Assembly: GCA_964304625.1 (NCBI GenBank)
Contig: OZ199838.1
Location: 5,281,145 to 5,345,144, forward strand
Reading direction: 5' to 3'
Length of the DNA stretch: 64,000 nucleotides
Origin: Kudoa neothunni
Lineage: Eukaryota; Animalia; Cnidaria
Shown here: piece by piece, positions 12,621-25,777 of the stretch
Layout: each line of letters opens with the position of its first letter
How positions within the stretch are numbered: position 1 is the stretch's first letter
Notes under the pieces: model-generated
Database searches by the model: none
The model's input: the letters and a program-made list of their open reading frames with translations, nothing else
What the model was told of the DNA's origin: nothing
Translations under genes and position numbers: made by a program

Positions 12621-13852
12621 TCAATTTGAATATATTTTATACAGATATAGTGTGTTTTTTTGGCTGCTGGCGATAAACACCTTGTAATGTGTGCGTTGAT
12701 CTATGTATGGGGTAGGTTGTTTTAAATGGGCATGGTTCACATTTGTTGGTAGTGAGATTTGTTGTAGTAGAGATTCTTGTTCGTTATCCCAGTTGTAATT
12801 CCAGATTTTAAGGTAGTTATCATTCCCTACAGTAAGCAGGCGTAGGTCGGTTGGAGAATTGAGATTTAGATTAAATCCAAATAGGGCCCCTTCTCTAGAA
12901 TGAGTTCTCCACACGTGAACCACATCCCAGGACTCTCTTGAGAGATCACTTTCACACAATATAACATGTCCCGAGGCTATGATAAATGCATTTTAGTGTG
13001 ATATATTAATCTCTTAGCAAAGCAAAACTACACTTGAGTAAAGTTATAAAATAAAAAATTCACCTGTGGAACCTAGCAGCAAATTAAGGTGATCGTCTGA
13101 GGTGAAATCACGACTAATGCTCACATGATTCACTAAAGGTGGGGAGAATTCGTTCGATGCCAATCCAACCAGTACATTATGATCGATGAAATTGGTGGTT
13201 TTCTCTTCAGTTGTGCCATTCTCGGCCAAATAAAATCGAACAACTCCGTTCATAAAAGCTAACAGTTTCAATACGTTTACTTATATCAAAATGGAATTAT
13301 GTAGAAGAACCTGTTGTGAATAATGTGCGGTCGGAAAATAGCACCTTATTGCGGTAAATTCCGATACAACCGAGATCATTGTTTGTAGATGAAACATATT
13401 CGTTAATGACAGACTTCGAAGTTAAATCAAACACACAACTATGACAACCATCTTCATCAGCGATAACCACATGGAAATTATCGTCAATTTCAAAATGCTC
13501 CACATTATGAGGTAATCTATGGATGCTGAGAAATAGATCAAATTCACAAAAAATACACTACCAAATCTTCTGAAATTTTCTGTCTCAAGTCTCGAAAACA
13601 AATCTTTTTATCTTGGGTGTATAACACGGTGTTGTTACTCGGAGCAAATTGGCACGAGAGTACGGTGCTTAAATTTGACTTGAGAGAGGAATCGCATGAA
13701 ACACATTTAGAAGTTGATGTATCTACGCAACAAAATCCATGATCATGTCCCATTAAAAGCTTTGTTGGTTCTCCATCGTTTGAAGTGCTTGAATATAGAA
13801 TTTCGCCGACCCTACTGTCACAAGCTTGATAGGTGACTAGCGCTTGGCTCAT
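12621..13852 (-). CDS. WD40-repeat protein, WDR53-like, 4 exons
   Basis: Four collinear minus-strand ORFs joined by short GT-AG introns. Motifs IADEDG..VFDL, SPPLVNHVSIS and LLTVGNDNYLKIWN resemble WDR53. Orthology not certain. Confidence 0.6.
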
Positions 13853-15198
13853 ATTTGTACTTGTACACGTGGTACGAAAAAACAATTCTTATCGCCGAAA
13901 GCGATAAAATCAAAAATTATTTTATTTCTTGGTATTTCAAAATTAATAATCAATTAATTAGAATAAATTAATATGCGATATAGAGCATATTATGAGTAAT
14001 AGTTATATTATTGATTTCAATTTCAAACAACTACAAATACCTGAAATTTAATTTAAAAAATAAAAATTTACGTAATAATTAGAAAAAATAATAAGAATAT
14101 TTAATGACGGAAAACAATGATTTTAATATTTTGTTCGAAAAAACGGTTCTAATAATTTTATACAAATTAATTAATATTTCTCTCAGATAAATACAGAAAA
14201 TTATATTCCTATTGTGTGAGGTTATAAAGGCATTTGTTAAATTGATTATGGAAAAGTACAAATTTAGAATTTAAATAAATCATAATAAAATCCTATCATT
14301 TCTACTTTTCGAGAGTATGTAAGATAACAGGTTGTTTTTTACAATTATATCAACTTGATAAGAGATCAAAAAATTTTTCTATTGAAACTTTTTTTTATAC
14401 TGTTGTATTTTTAATATATTATTGGACGAGAGTTACCACACATTATTCAGTCATACAACAAATTTATTAACTGAATAATAATATCTAGTTTCACTCCCTG
14501 GCATGCAATGGAATTTTGATAATAAATTGCTTGAATTGTGTCTGATATAGTGATTTCGATGTATTTTATCGAAATGCACAAATTGATTGATTTTAGACAC
14601 ATAAGTTACATTCTTTAAGAATAAGGTGGAATGATTTGCAAATATCGTCTAGCTCTTAATTTAATTCATCTAAAAACAAAATATGTTAAACTACTTATTA
14701 ATTAAAAATTAATTACATTATTTTAGTTTAGTTTAGTTTAGTTTAATACAATAAATAATAGGTTTGGGAGTTAGTTCCCACACTAATAAAAATATTCGTT
14801 TTACATAATTTTTAAATAAAAAACAACACTCACAATGTTTTACATTTTGAGGTCATTATTTGAAATACCTTAAACATTAAAATTTAACACCTAAAATGGA
14901 ATTAGAAAATAAATATTATTATTATATGAAAAAGTATACATAAATATAACGATTAGAAACTTTTAAATAATTTTATTAATCCAAATTAATTTTCACTCTA
15001 ATAAATTTAATAATTTTTACAGTTATATATCAATAAGTAGTTAAAATTGATAACTTATAAAACTAGTAAATATTTTATTTTGGAATATAATGAATAGAAA
15101 AATTATGATACAAAAATAAAAAAATTTATCTTGTTAATTTTCGTTTAAGGCGCTAATGTGATTTAAGATGGTAGGATACGTATTTGAACTCTCTAGAT

Positions 15199-16761
15199 CA
15201 GTGGTGGAAACAATTTTTTTGGGGGAGGGCGGGGGGGTCGCATTGGCGCATTACATAAGTTCAGAGGGCCGCAATGTTGACCACGCGTTCTTTTTTGAGA
15301 ACTTGAATACCTAATAAATTTTAATTATAATTATTAAAAGTTAATATTATTCATTAGATACGCGTGAAATATTCAAACAATAAGTCTGATAAAATTATTT
15401 CAAAGTCATTTTAAACATGAGATTCAATATAACATATTGTACCTTAAAAAGAGGCCTAACTTATAAATATGAATATAGTCAAGTTAGTCTAAATTAATTA
15501 CATTATGATATTTTGGATTACATCAAATTTGTTGTCACTTGAATATCACGAACGAGTAGAAGTAATTTCCTTACAATTTATTACAAGTATTTCAATTTAA
15601 AAATATGACTTTAATAACATAAAATTGTAAAAATCGTAATTTTTGTACGTATCAATGTAATATTCATATTTTTTAAAGTTTTGTAAAATGATTCTTTAGA
15701 GTAAAAATCACCCCAAAAAGTATAAAAAATTATTATTTTCTACATTAAATTATTTCTTTTTATTTCACTTAATTATATCAACGGATAAAAAATATTTATC
15801 CTAAGGCTCCAACTCATAATTGATTTGGATTGTTTTTTTATAACTTTCAATGTATTTTAAGACCGATTATTCTTTATTGTTATCGTTGATTTTCTCACTG
15901 AATTCCCCGTGTTTCGGTTGGTGATGTTGCTTCAAATTATATTCCTTTAATACAGCAACTCATTCAAGACAGCGAAAATACACCACATCTTTCATCAAAT
16001 GAGTGAAGAAATATTTTTGAGTCTAATCATCACTAAGATTAGGGTTTTCGTCAATAACTGTACGCTTTTGGGAGGAAACATGTTTAATTGTGCAAAAACG
16101 TGTTGTTAAAAACTGACGATTAATAAGGGAAATTGGAGTGCATTATTACTCGATAAAATTAATAAGAAAAATTAAAAACTATTTCTACATTAAGCTGGTA
16201 AATGTTGATGCACTTCTGTTATAAACATTTATGTTTTAAAATCTAAGGATATCTAGAAAATGATAAAAAGTACATTGACTTTATACCCTTTTAAATACAA
16301 CAATAAATAATTTTTTCTTTAATACATTGTTTGTAATGAATGCTATGGGAATGATTCTTATCGTGTTAGATTTCAAATTTAAGTACGAGTATCGCAGGCT
16401 CATGGTTTTTAATATTTACTTATTTTTAGAATCTATTTGTAGTAAATTAAATCTCACGTACCAATTTTTTCCGAAACTGATAACCTGCTATGTTGTTTTA
16501 AGCGCGTACTAAACCTTACCTTGATCACTATCACATATAATCATAAATAGGGTGCAAGGGTAAGTAAAATTTCAAATCAGATAACGAATTCGCATAAATA
16601 AAAATTTATAAATCCACCATATTTATCAAAAATTTATTTATTAATTTGTTAATGGAAGAAAAATGCTGCCTTGGCGTTATTGGATGGTGAAAACGCGTGC
16701 ATGCTCGCGCAAATTTTCAGCCTTATAAACCCGTCCTGAGGCTGCACTTCGCCCACCACCG
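15199..16761 (-). mobile_element. Decayed Buster/Charlie (GTF2IRD2-like) hAT element
   Basis: Perfect 8-bp TSD CTCTAGAT; termini CAGTGGTGG / CCACCACCG. Minus-strand remnant VAVLKEYNLKQHHQPKH (~15905-15960) is typical of the GTF2IRD2/SPIN N-terminus. Confidence 0.85.
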
Positions 16762-17607
16762 CTCTAGATGTTGTTCAAATGAATGAATTATAGATTTACA
16801 TCAGATACACGAAATAGTTTATAAAATAGTTTTCACGCGAAATTAATTTGAATTTTTACAAACGTAAAATTAAGGTTTATTTTAGTGTAGTTGGAAATTT
16901 ATGGATATTTTAAAATCCATTCTAATTTTAAATAATTTTTAGATCTATTAGACTGAAAATTATTATTCCTTCACGAATATAATTTTTGAAAATGCATTCA
17001 TGGTATCCTGGTCATATTAAAGTCTTTCGTAAAAAACCTCTCGTATTCTACATTTTTTCTTAAAACTGTGATAATAACTACGATTAAGATCCGTTATCTA
17101 TCATTAATGTGAAGATTATTTAAAAATTAAAATATCAGATAGGTTATTTTTAAATATGATTTCTGACAAAGGTACCTCCATTAATTATAATCTAAATTTT
17201 TAATCCAGGTTTTAAATGAACATTAAAGAGAAATAAGGTAACCCTATTTTTACTGGAAATATCTCTGTAAGAAGTTTTTTCCCGGCAACTTCAAAACAGC
17301 TTAAATTTCAAAAAACTTCCCTTAAAGCTTCAAGGATTTGTAATAACATTAATTGATAATTTTCCGAATATTAGATAGACCTCTGTGAAACACAAGCGTA
17401 TATACGCTGAAAATTATATTATAACTATTAATTATTTGTATTACTCAATGTAAAAGAGGAAAATATAAACATTGGGAATTATTAGTTAATAACATTGTTA
17501 TGATGGCCTCAGTTTGCGAATAATTATTTATTCTACACTTTGAACAGCAAAAAATAGAAAAATTAACATCCAAACTAAAATATTATTAAAAATATCATAC
17601 AGCAATA

Positions 17608-19615
17608 TTAATAATATCTATGATTCAATAGTGGCTGAACATTTATTTATATGAAATTGACTATTCCTGATCCCATAGCCAAAATAGATAAGAATCCCTA
17701 GATAGAATTATGATACTAACAAACTAATGCATCAAAAATACCAATAATCATCCAAACACAAAATCTAATCCAGGTGACAACTGAAAGTTTCATCATGAGA
17801 AAAACATTGATAATAATTGCAGCCAACGATAGAGTGGGGACAAACGGAGCCTGGTTGTCGAATTAAACTAGTTTAACTACAACAAACGAGATATACTTTG
17901 AAGGCGACGTCATCATTATTTTGGGGCTGGAACAATAATACAACATAGAACAATCCGAATATAATTCCAAATATTATAAGTATCACAGTGGCCAATACAT
18001 TCAAACCACCAGAGTGATTGAAACCAATAATAGAAACCAGAGAGCATGTGGTCGATGAACAAAAGCAAATAAAGACTGAAATCATAGCTGTTTTGAATGA
18101 GTGTTGAGTAGCTTTACACTTGTTGTTGAAGTTAAGATGAATAAAACTTTTAAGATTGTAGCGTAATTGTTGGAAACGATTGTTGGGTTCATTTTTCATG
18201 TCCTCGTTTTCAAGTGTATCTTCTGTGGACAGTCTAGACACATTTGAATCAGACTCGGAAGACTTTTGGTCGTCCAAAGATTTCTTAGGAGTACAACCCC
18301 CAACACGATTACCAGCCAATTGGGTTGCAGGTTGATAGCGAAGTACAATCACACACAGTGACACCAAGCTGTACGCCAACAATGTACCAATACTCATCAT
18401 TTCAACGAGTTCTTTCAAATCGAAAACAAGCGCAAAAATAGCGGTTAAAATTCCCGGTATAGCAGTGGCTAGAATTGGAACATTTGTGAATTTGTTCACT
18501 TTTGCAAATATCGGATGGATGAGGCTGTCGCAGGACATTGCATAAATTATACGTGGTAAGGGGAACATAGATCCCAGTAAACTTGACGCCACTCCAAACA
18601 CTGCACCCACCGAAATTACATGACTAGCCCATGACACTCCGGCCATCTGGAAAGCTACAACAAGAGGTGATCGTTCCCCAAGGTTGCTGTAATCAGTCAA
18701 CATTGTGATAACAGTCGAAACTCCAATGTAGCAGACTACCACAAACAAAAGTGTTATAACTATTGCTTTGGGGATGGATTTAGATGGGTCTGCAGATTCT
18801 TCGCCGGTGGTGGCAATGATATCGAACCCAACGAATGCATAGAAACAAGAGGCAGCTCCAGAAAATGTTCCCCCAATGCCGTAAGGGAAAAATTTGTCAT
18901 AGGTGGACCACCTGGTAGGATCTGCATAGAACGCGCCGACAATCACAAGAAATAGGATAGCAGCTACATTAATCACATTGCAGAAAGTACCAAATCGGGT
19001 GGAATCTTTACATCCAAGAGCGAGAAGCCAAGTCACAGCTAGTGTTACAATAAATGCTACAATATCAGGCCTACTCTCGCCAACAATTGGATCAAAAGGT
19101 GAAAAATAATAAGTGGCATTGCCGATTGTAGCATCAACCAAATGTTCTAAGCTGGCTGAAAGTGCGGAAGCGTCTGCCGCGGTACCAATCATGTATTCAA
19201 GGATGAGATTCCAACCAATAAAGAATGCCCAAATTTCGCCTACAGCCACATAACTGTAGGCATAAGCCCCTCCAGTAGTGTTGGGTACTCTTGCACCGAA
19301 TTCCGCGTAGGCTAGGCCAGAGAGAAGTGACGCGAAACCTGATATCACAAAAGATATAACAACCGATGGACCCGCTATGAGTGATGCTACTTGGCCAGCT
19401 ACTACGTACACGCCGGCGCCAAGTACTGCCCCAACTCCGAGCGATACAAGATCTGTGGTGGTAAGGCATTGTTTAAGATTAGTATCGATACGCTCGTGTT
19501 TTTTTCTATAGAAAACAGGAGAAAAATAATTTTTCAATTTTGTTTTAACGCGTTTAGTTTGTTTGACCGTTGAACAGTGCTCATTTGACAAACTGGATGA
19601 TAATACTTGAGGCAT
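17608..19615 (-). CDS. Cationic amino acid transporter (SLC7A1-4 / CAT family), 3 exons
   Basis: LGVGAVLGAGVYV, YAEFGARVP, FIGWNLILEY, GFDIIATTGEE, MMSIGTLLAY. Two short 3' introns add the AA_permease_C region (FK|APFVP...TWIRF..WMII|GILIYFGYGI). Confidence 0.95.
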
Positions 19616-19808
19616 ATCACACCATGTAAATTCTTATTCAACCTCTCTCAAAATAATCCAGGTATAATCATACAAATTGGAAAATTAAGCGTATTCAATC
19701 AATGCGAGAAATCAATTATCGTGGTGTTGAGTTTGAAAAACAGGACATCCGACCTGTTACGAGTAAGAGGTGGGTTGATCTATCGCCTCAATACGTTGTC
19801 TTGGTGTT

Positions 19809-22590
19809 ATGGTGGAAACCGGTGGATCATCTGATGAGGAAGATTACATGAGCGAAAAATTTCTGAATGTAGTGGTTTCAGTTGAAAAACTTAAACCAGC
19901 CAAGTTGATACGAGAAATCGAATTAGACAAAAGAAGACGACTCGCCAATGTGAAAAATAAACAATCCAAACAACAACTTGAAGAAATTAATAGACAAAAA
20001 GCACTCAATACCAAAATCGATTCGTCAAATTTAGGCTATCAAATGCTGCTTAAAATGGGTTACAAAGAAGGTGAAGGTCTGGGTCTTAATAGTAATTGAA
20101 AATTTCATGTTTGGCATATTTTTGCGATTAGAGGAAGGTGTTAGAGATCCTATTAAATTAACCGTTAAACAAGGTAATGACAATCTCCTTTAAAAATATT
20201 TCCATCTCTTCCTAAGATAGAAGTGGTCTGGGAATGACCACCGAAGCCGACAAAACAGCCACATTTAACTCAGCTCTAAAACGTCTCAAGGAAACACAAC
20301 ATAATATTACGTCTGATATTTTTATTAAAAAGCTCAAAACATCCAACTTGTCTCAGCAACTCTCTAGGGATATTCACACAGCTAGAAAAGCATGTCGTCA
20401 TTTGGACGAGAATAAAGTAAATTGTTGATTTGATATACTATCATTATGTATTTCAATGTTATTTTATAGGAGATACATAATCCAATCTTAAAATACTGGC
20501 CTATTGAAGACGAAAATTCTGATTCAGTTGACCTAGTAAATCCTCCCCCACCTTCTATCTCCGACAATGTAATACCAATCATCACAAACCCATGATTTTT
20601 AAATCATAGGAGGCATTTTTGGATGAAATATTGGACCATCTGAGAAATACTCATTATTATTGTATCTACTGTGGAACTTCCTATGATGGTAAGATAATTT
20701 TAGTAGTGTATAAACTAAACTGAACAATACGAAATTTAGTAGATACATAATTAATTTAATAAATTATTTTAATAAAATCAATAAATAATTATAAAATCAT
20801 AAAACTATGTTTAATTATATTTAAAAATTGTGGCAACCCCTAAGAAAAATAAAATCTTGGATGCCTTTTTGCGCGCATGCGCAGAAATTGTTGTTAATTC
20901 CGAAAGTTCCTTTTTGTATGGGATACACATAGCTAGTTTTTAAAAACCTTCTATAATGAATCGTTTCTGTTCCATTGAGCATAACTATTGGTCATAAATA
21001 ATTGAACATAGTCAATATTAATTTTAAGAATGGCTGCGGTTTTATTTCAAAATTCTAATTACTTTTTTGCAGGAATCATCTCCGAAAATTGTTGTGTAAA
21101 ATCACTGAGTTATTATCACCCAATTAATTTAGAAAATTCCATAAAATCTTCGATAAATTATTGAATACTCATTTAATTTAATTTGTATAAAATCTTCGAT
21201 TGTTTACCTAATTAATCTAATAAAATTTGTTGGGGATAATTTTCTTAATAGAGCCCTATCCATAAAAACTTGTTATCTTGAATGCAATCATGACCGTCCT
21301 CAATTTTTTGGTGGATGATAGCGTAATATCGGGTTAGAACAATTTCCTTAGCAAAACATAAATTATTAATTGTATGTTTGACCTGAAAAATTGAGAAAAT
21401 GATAAAGTGTGAATTAAAAATATATTCGTGCGCATGCGTCGAAAATATTTAAGATAGCGCTTTCCAGCTGGGGGTGTAAGATTGATGTCACAGTTATCAA
21501 CTATTTTTAGGAATTTTTTAAATATATTATCAATTTTACAATATGTAAATCGTAAAAATTCAATATATGCATTATATTTTTGTTAGTTTCATCAGTTTTC
21601 GTATTTTTTCTTTCAATATAGTTCAGAAATCCCTTAAAAGGCGCGTTTAATTCAAAAAATTAATGCATAACGTTTTTAATTACTTTATTAACTTAGAAAT
21701 GAGCCGGACTATTCATGAATAATAACAAGGTGAACAAATAAAAAGATAATATTTTTTATTCGACAAATTTTAAAATATTAAAATTACACTGGAACGAGAA
21801 AACAATATTATCTTTATTTAATTCATGGAACTAATTCTATATTACACTTAAGATAAATCACTACAACGATTTTGAATGAACTACGCGTTATCGTATATAG
21901 CAGGGGTGGCCAAACCGCGGCTCTTGAAAAATTAAAATTTGGCTCATAAAGTTATTTTAACATTTTGAAAGTAATAGGATCATGCAGTTATCATGAATAA
22001 GAACACACGAATTTATTATTAATTAAACTTTTAGACAAAGTATAAATATAATAACAAACCCCGAAATATAATTGTTTCTCCCAGCGACTCCGAAAAATTT
22101 GAAGTTCATTAAACGCGGTTCCTATTTTAAACAAATCTGAACACTGCTAGTATAAAGAAAGAATGCGTGTTCGATTTGGACTGAGCGATGTTGATTTAAG
22201 AACAAGCATGCATGGATCAATGTATTGAACCTTCTTAATAAGCCACGCCGAAATTATAAACATTTTAATCTTTACATCAATATAATATTTCTTAGTTTAT
22301 TTTTAATGATGTTATTGTTAATTAGTAAATGAAATAATTTCAGATTTCCAAAAAATTTTAGCTTAATTGCTTTTAAAATATTTAATGTGTTTAAATAATT
22401 GGATTATGTTAAAAACTATCAGAGCTTATTTTCATACAGACCTACTTTTAAAAGACAATGCTCTTTGCAGTAAATAGCAACTGAATTAGTCGAAATTCTG
22501 AGCTACCTATGACTTGTGATATTAACTGATGAATTAGATGCTGATGATATGGATGAAAACTGCCCCGGAAAACACAAAGATAATCACTGA
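19809..22590 (+). CDS. GPATCH11: G-patch domain-containing protein 11
   Basis: EEDYMSEKFL, G-patch (NLGYQMLLKMGYKEGEGLG...GLG), ACRHLD, HLRNTHYYCIYCG, and last exon DADDMDENCPGKHKDNH* after a 1.85-kb intron (20689-22537). Confidence 0.92.
21901..22146. mobile_element. Small hAT-type MITE inside the GPATCH11 intron
   Basis: CAGGGGTGGCCAAACCGCGGCTC left end and degenerate TCTGAACACTG right end. TSD not convincing. Confidence 0.5.
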
Positions 22591-22634
22591 GAAGATGTAC
22601 AAAATTTATGTATAGGATTTATAATTGATTGCAA

Positions 22635-23337
22635 CTAGTGTTTATTTTCTTTCAAATCGGTTATGTAATTGCTCACATTTTTGCTTATTGCGTATGACTT
22701 TTTCTCACGGCGCAGAGCCGTTTTGGTAAGGTAAACCTGCGAATCCACACGTTCAGCATTATTTACCTGAATGAATGCTTCTTTAATAGAGAACTAATAG
22801 AGAAATTTAATATAAATTTTCTGCAAGCATATTTAATAGGAACAAGTGTGTAAAATATTAAACCTACCCCTGTACGTAAACGTTTCTCATGACGACCCAA
22901 CTGATTTTTGGTTATTTCACAAGGTTTGCCATCTGACCAAAAACCAAATTATTAAATTAAAAATTTTTATAAGTCATAGTAACAGATTCAATTACCAGCC
23001 ATATAAAAATCTGGTAGATCGAATAACGGTTGAAATTCAATTTTAATTCGGTTGGTTTCAATCCTAAATAGCAAGGAATCATCATTGGCAAAAATTACAA
23101 GGATGGAATCAATTAACTTACCGGTAATCTCTTTCTTCGTCCGAGAAACCATCATTGCTTGAGTCGATTATATCCTTCAACGAACGTTTGGAAGCGATAC
23201 GATAAAACCTTCGAGACAAACAACTGTTGTTGTTCACACCAGCTGTAATTAACCCATTCACACATTTCTGCAGTAAATTAAATTCTATATACACGGATTA
23301 GAACGTGAATCTATTCAATCGAAAAACCAATAATCAT
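22635..23337 (-). CDS. MRPL52: Mitochondrial ribosomal protein mL52-like, 5 exons (not in ORF track)
   Basis: Exons 23337-23328, 23284-23122, 23063-22996, 22932-22868 and 22793-22635 join via GT-AG introns in consistent phases into 154 aa. Contains PLFDLPDFYMADGKP...NQLGR (mL52 signature PLxxLPDxxxADGxP) and an Arg/Ser-rich N-terminal segment. Confidence 0.82.
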
Positions 23338-23419
23338 TCAAATCTCAAACGTCAACGCTCAAACTCGATCAACGTGGCACGTGGTACCACTGCTTAGGCG
23401 AAGTGTTAAGTTTGCTGAA

Positions 23420-24655
23420 ATGGATGAAGTCGTACTACCGACCAACAAACCAGAAATTATTATTGTGGACTCATCAGCGATTATTCACCATCAAAAGTTG
23501 TATAATATTGCCAACAAGATAGTAACAATCCCCGAAGTGTTAAATGAGCTCAAAAGTCAGCGTTCTCAGCTGGCAATTCAACTTTTGCCCGAAGATGTTC
23601 ATCTTATCACTCCCTCTAATAATAATATCCAGTTTGGTAGCTCAATGCAATATGATGAAACTATTCTAATGTTAAAACATAGTTAAAAACTTTGCTAAAC
23701 GGACTGGCGATTTGAGAGCTCTATCACAGGTCGATATAAAAGTTATGGCGGCTGTAGTCGAAATGGAATTAAGTCACTGTGACAAAAACCACATTAGAAA
23801 AGATCCGATCGTTCCAGAAATCGTTGACGCTTCTACTAGGGGCGATAGTGACCAACTTAAAGCTCATACGCCTGGATTTTATAATTCAAAGGTTGTCATA
23901 GATTTTGTTGGTTTTTCTGTTACTATTTTTAACAATTATCTTCAATATAGCATTCTAATGAGCAAGAAAACGACACATGGATAACACCGGATAACATTAC
24001 CCAAGTGGGAACTGATCAGACTGGGGATGACAACTCTCAAAGTCGTTTCTCGATCCAACATAAAGTTGCCTGTGCTGTTTCAGATTATGCTATGCAGAAT
24101 GTTCTTCTTCACATGGGATTGAATATAGTGTCTGTAGATGGGTACCGCATTTCGCAGATTCGCAGTTACACAATGAAATGTACCACCTGCTACAAGTTCT
24201 CTACATGATATTTTGTCTCTCTTTTAAATTATATTGAATTTAGGATCGAACCAGATGTGATGAAAGAATTTTGTGATAATTGCGGCTATAGAACGCTCAC
24301 CAAGCTTGCATATACACTCTCATCGAATGGGTCGATATTGTGCCAACAAAAATTGAAAGCTCCGAAAAAGGAGGACTCTTCAAAAGTGGAATTTTATTGG
24401 ATTGTTTTTGATATATTTTATTAATTGTTGTGCTAGTACGCATCTTTTAAAGCTATAGCCACGTATGGCACTCCTATTAGAACCGAAGAACAGTTAACCA
24501 AGATGAGAAATATGCAACGAACCAAGTGCTCTTATAAGAACAACGTCGGATCCACTTTCAATGATCTTGATTCTTGTCTTGCTTTTCTCAATAAAGACAC
24601 CACCAGTAGATCCTTTCAAAAAGGATATCATCTACGCAAGAACAATCGTTTCTAG
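23420..24655 (+). CDS. NOB1: 20S/18S-E pre-rRNA endonuclease NOB1 (PIN + zinc ribbon), 5 exons
   Basis: IIVDSSAII, TIPEVLNELK, FAKRTGDLRALSQVDIKVMA, WITPDN, SDYAMQNVLLHMGL, CTTC...FCDNCG, DTTSRS. Confidence 0.95.
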
Positions 24656-25777
24656 ATAGTGTATAGTGTGCAACTTTTTTTTTATGTAATATGCGATGTT
24701 TCTCTATGTATGATTAATCATTAGGCGAAAATTAGCAAGTTAGTTGTTAATTCCTTCTTTATCTTTCAAACGGAATGTATACTAATATAGGTTGATAAAA
24801 ACTCTAATCTTAGATTATAGTTTGTCTGTTTGAATAATAATAGAGATGTTTTGTTATTGCTAGTTTGAGTTTGGATGGTCATATTTGATCTTATATGACT
24901 CAAATATAAACGATCTGATATACGACGTGTTTATTTAATAAGTTTGATAGTTTGGTGTGATTAAGTTGTTATTATATGAGGTGAAATTGTAAACAAATAT
25001 ATTAACCCCCGAATTGTTTATTTTTCGAATTCCAAAGAATTAGTGGTTGGGGTCAAAAACTACCTCACTTATGGAGCATCTATATTCACACTTTTCAGTA
25101 GGAGAGAAACTTTGGAAAAGATAATATATTTAAAGGATTAAATATTAATAAGACCTGAAACATTGAAATCGCCATTTTTTGTGAAGATACATTAATGGTG
25201 CATATCGATTTAGGTAACATTTAACGGGATATTGTCATGAGGTGCCAAGCTCATCCTAAGTTCTATACTGGTGAATATATATTTTTTGTCGATTTATAGT
25301 AAAATTTCATTATCTATTAAAAATTAATTAAGCGTGAAGAAGGAAATAATATGTAATTTTCTATCAAACTATGTTGAAGGTGTTTGTTCGTTCATTAATG
25401 AATATTAATAAGTTTATTGGTATCTAAAAGAATCTTTTTACAGAATCTACGTAGCAAAATATGCTTCTTTCATTTTTAATACCTGAAGTTAATAAAAGAT
25501 CTCGAATAATTCCATCATTCCACTTATTTCCAGTATATCTCTTTAGTTTATAATGGTGGTTTATTCAACCGATTAAAACGTATAAACCTACCTAAATTTA
25601 TGCAGATCTAATTGGAAGATATATTTACGATCGAAATTATTTAAAGCCTGATTATCCCAATGCCATTCGAAAGGATATAAATTCATAAATATACGAAGTT
25701 GATTCACTTTAGCTTTAAGCTGATTCCTCGTAATCTTCTACAATACGCTCGCAGTTGGTTAGGGTAGAATAGGTACA

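Noticed and set aside
14720-14745. (TTTAG)n run as a telomere-like repeat
   Set aside because: Only ~4 units; an ordinary microsatellite.
19607-19834. 75-aa ORF bridging the CAT and GPATCH11 starts
   Set aside because: Non-ATG start, spans the bidirectional promoter, no recognisable protein.
25000-25740. Possible decayed piggyBac upstream of the tubulin gene
   Set aside because: A TTAACCC end and faint motifs are visible, but no matching right end or clear catalytic motif could be supported.
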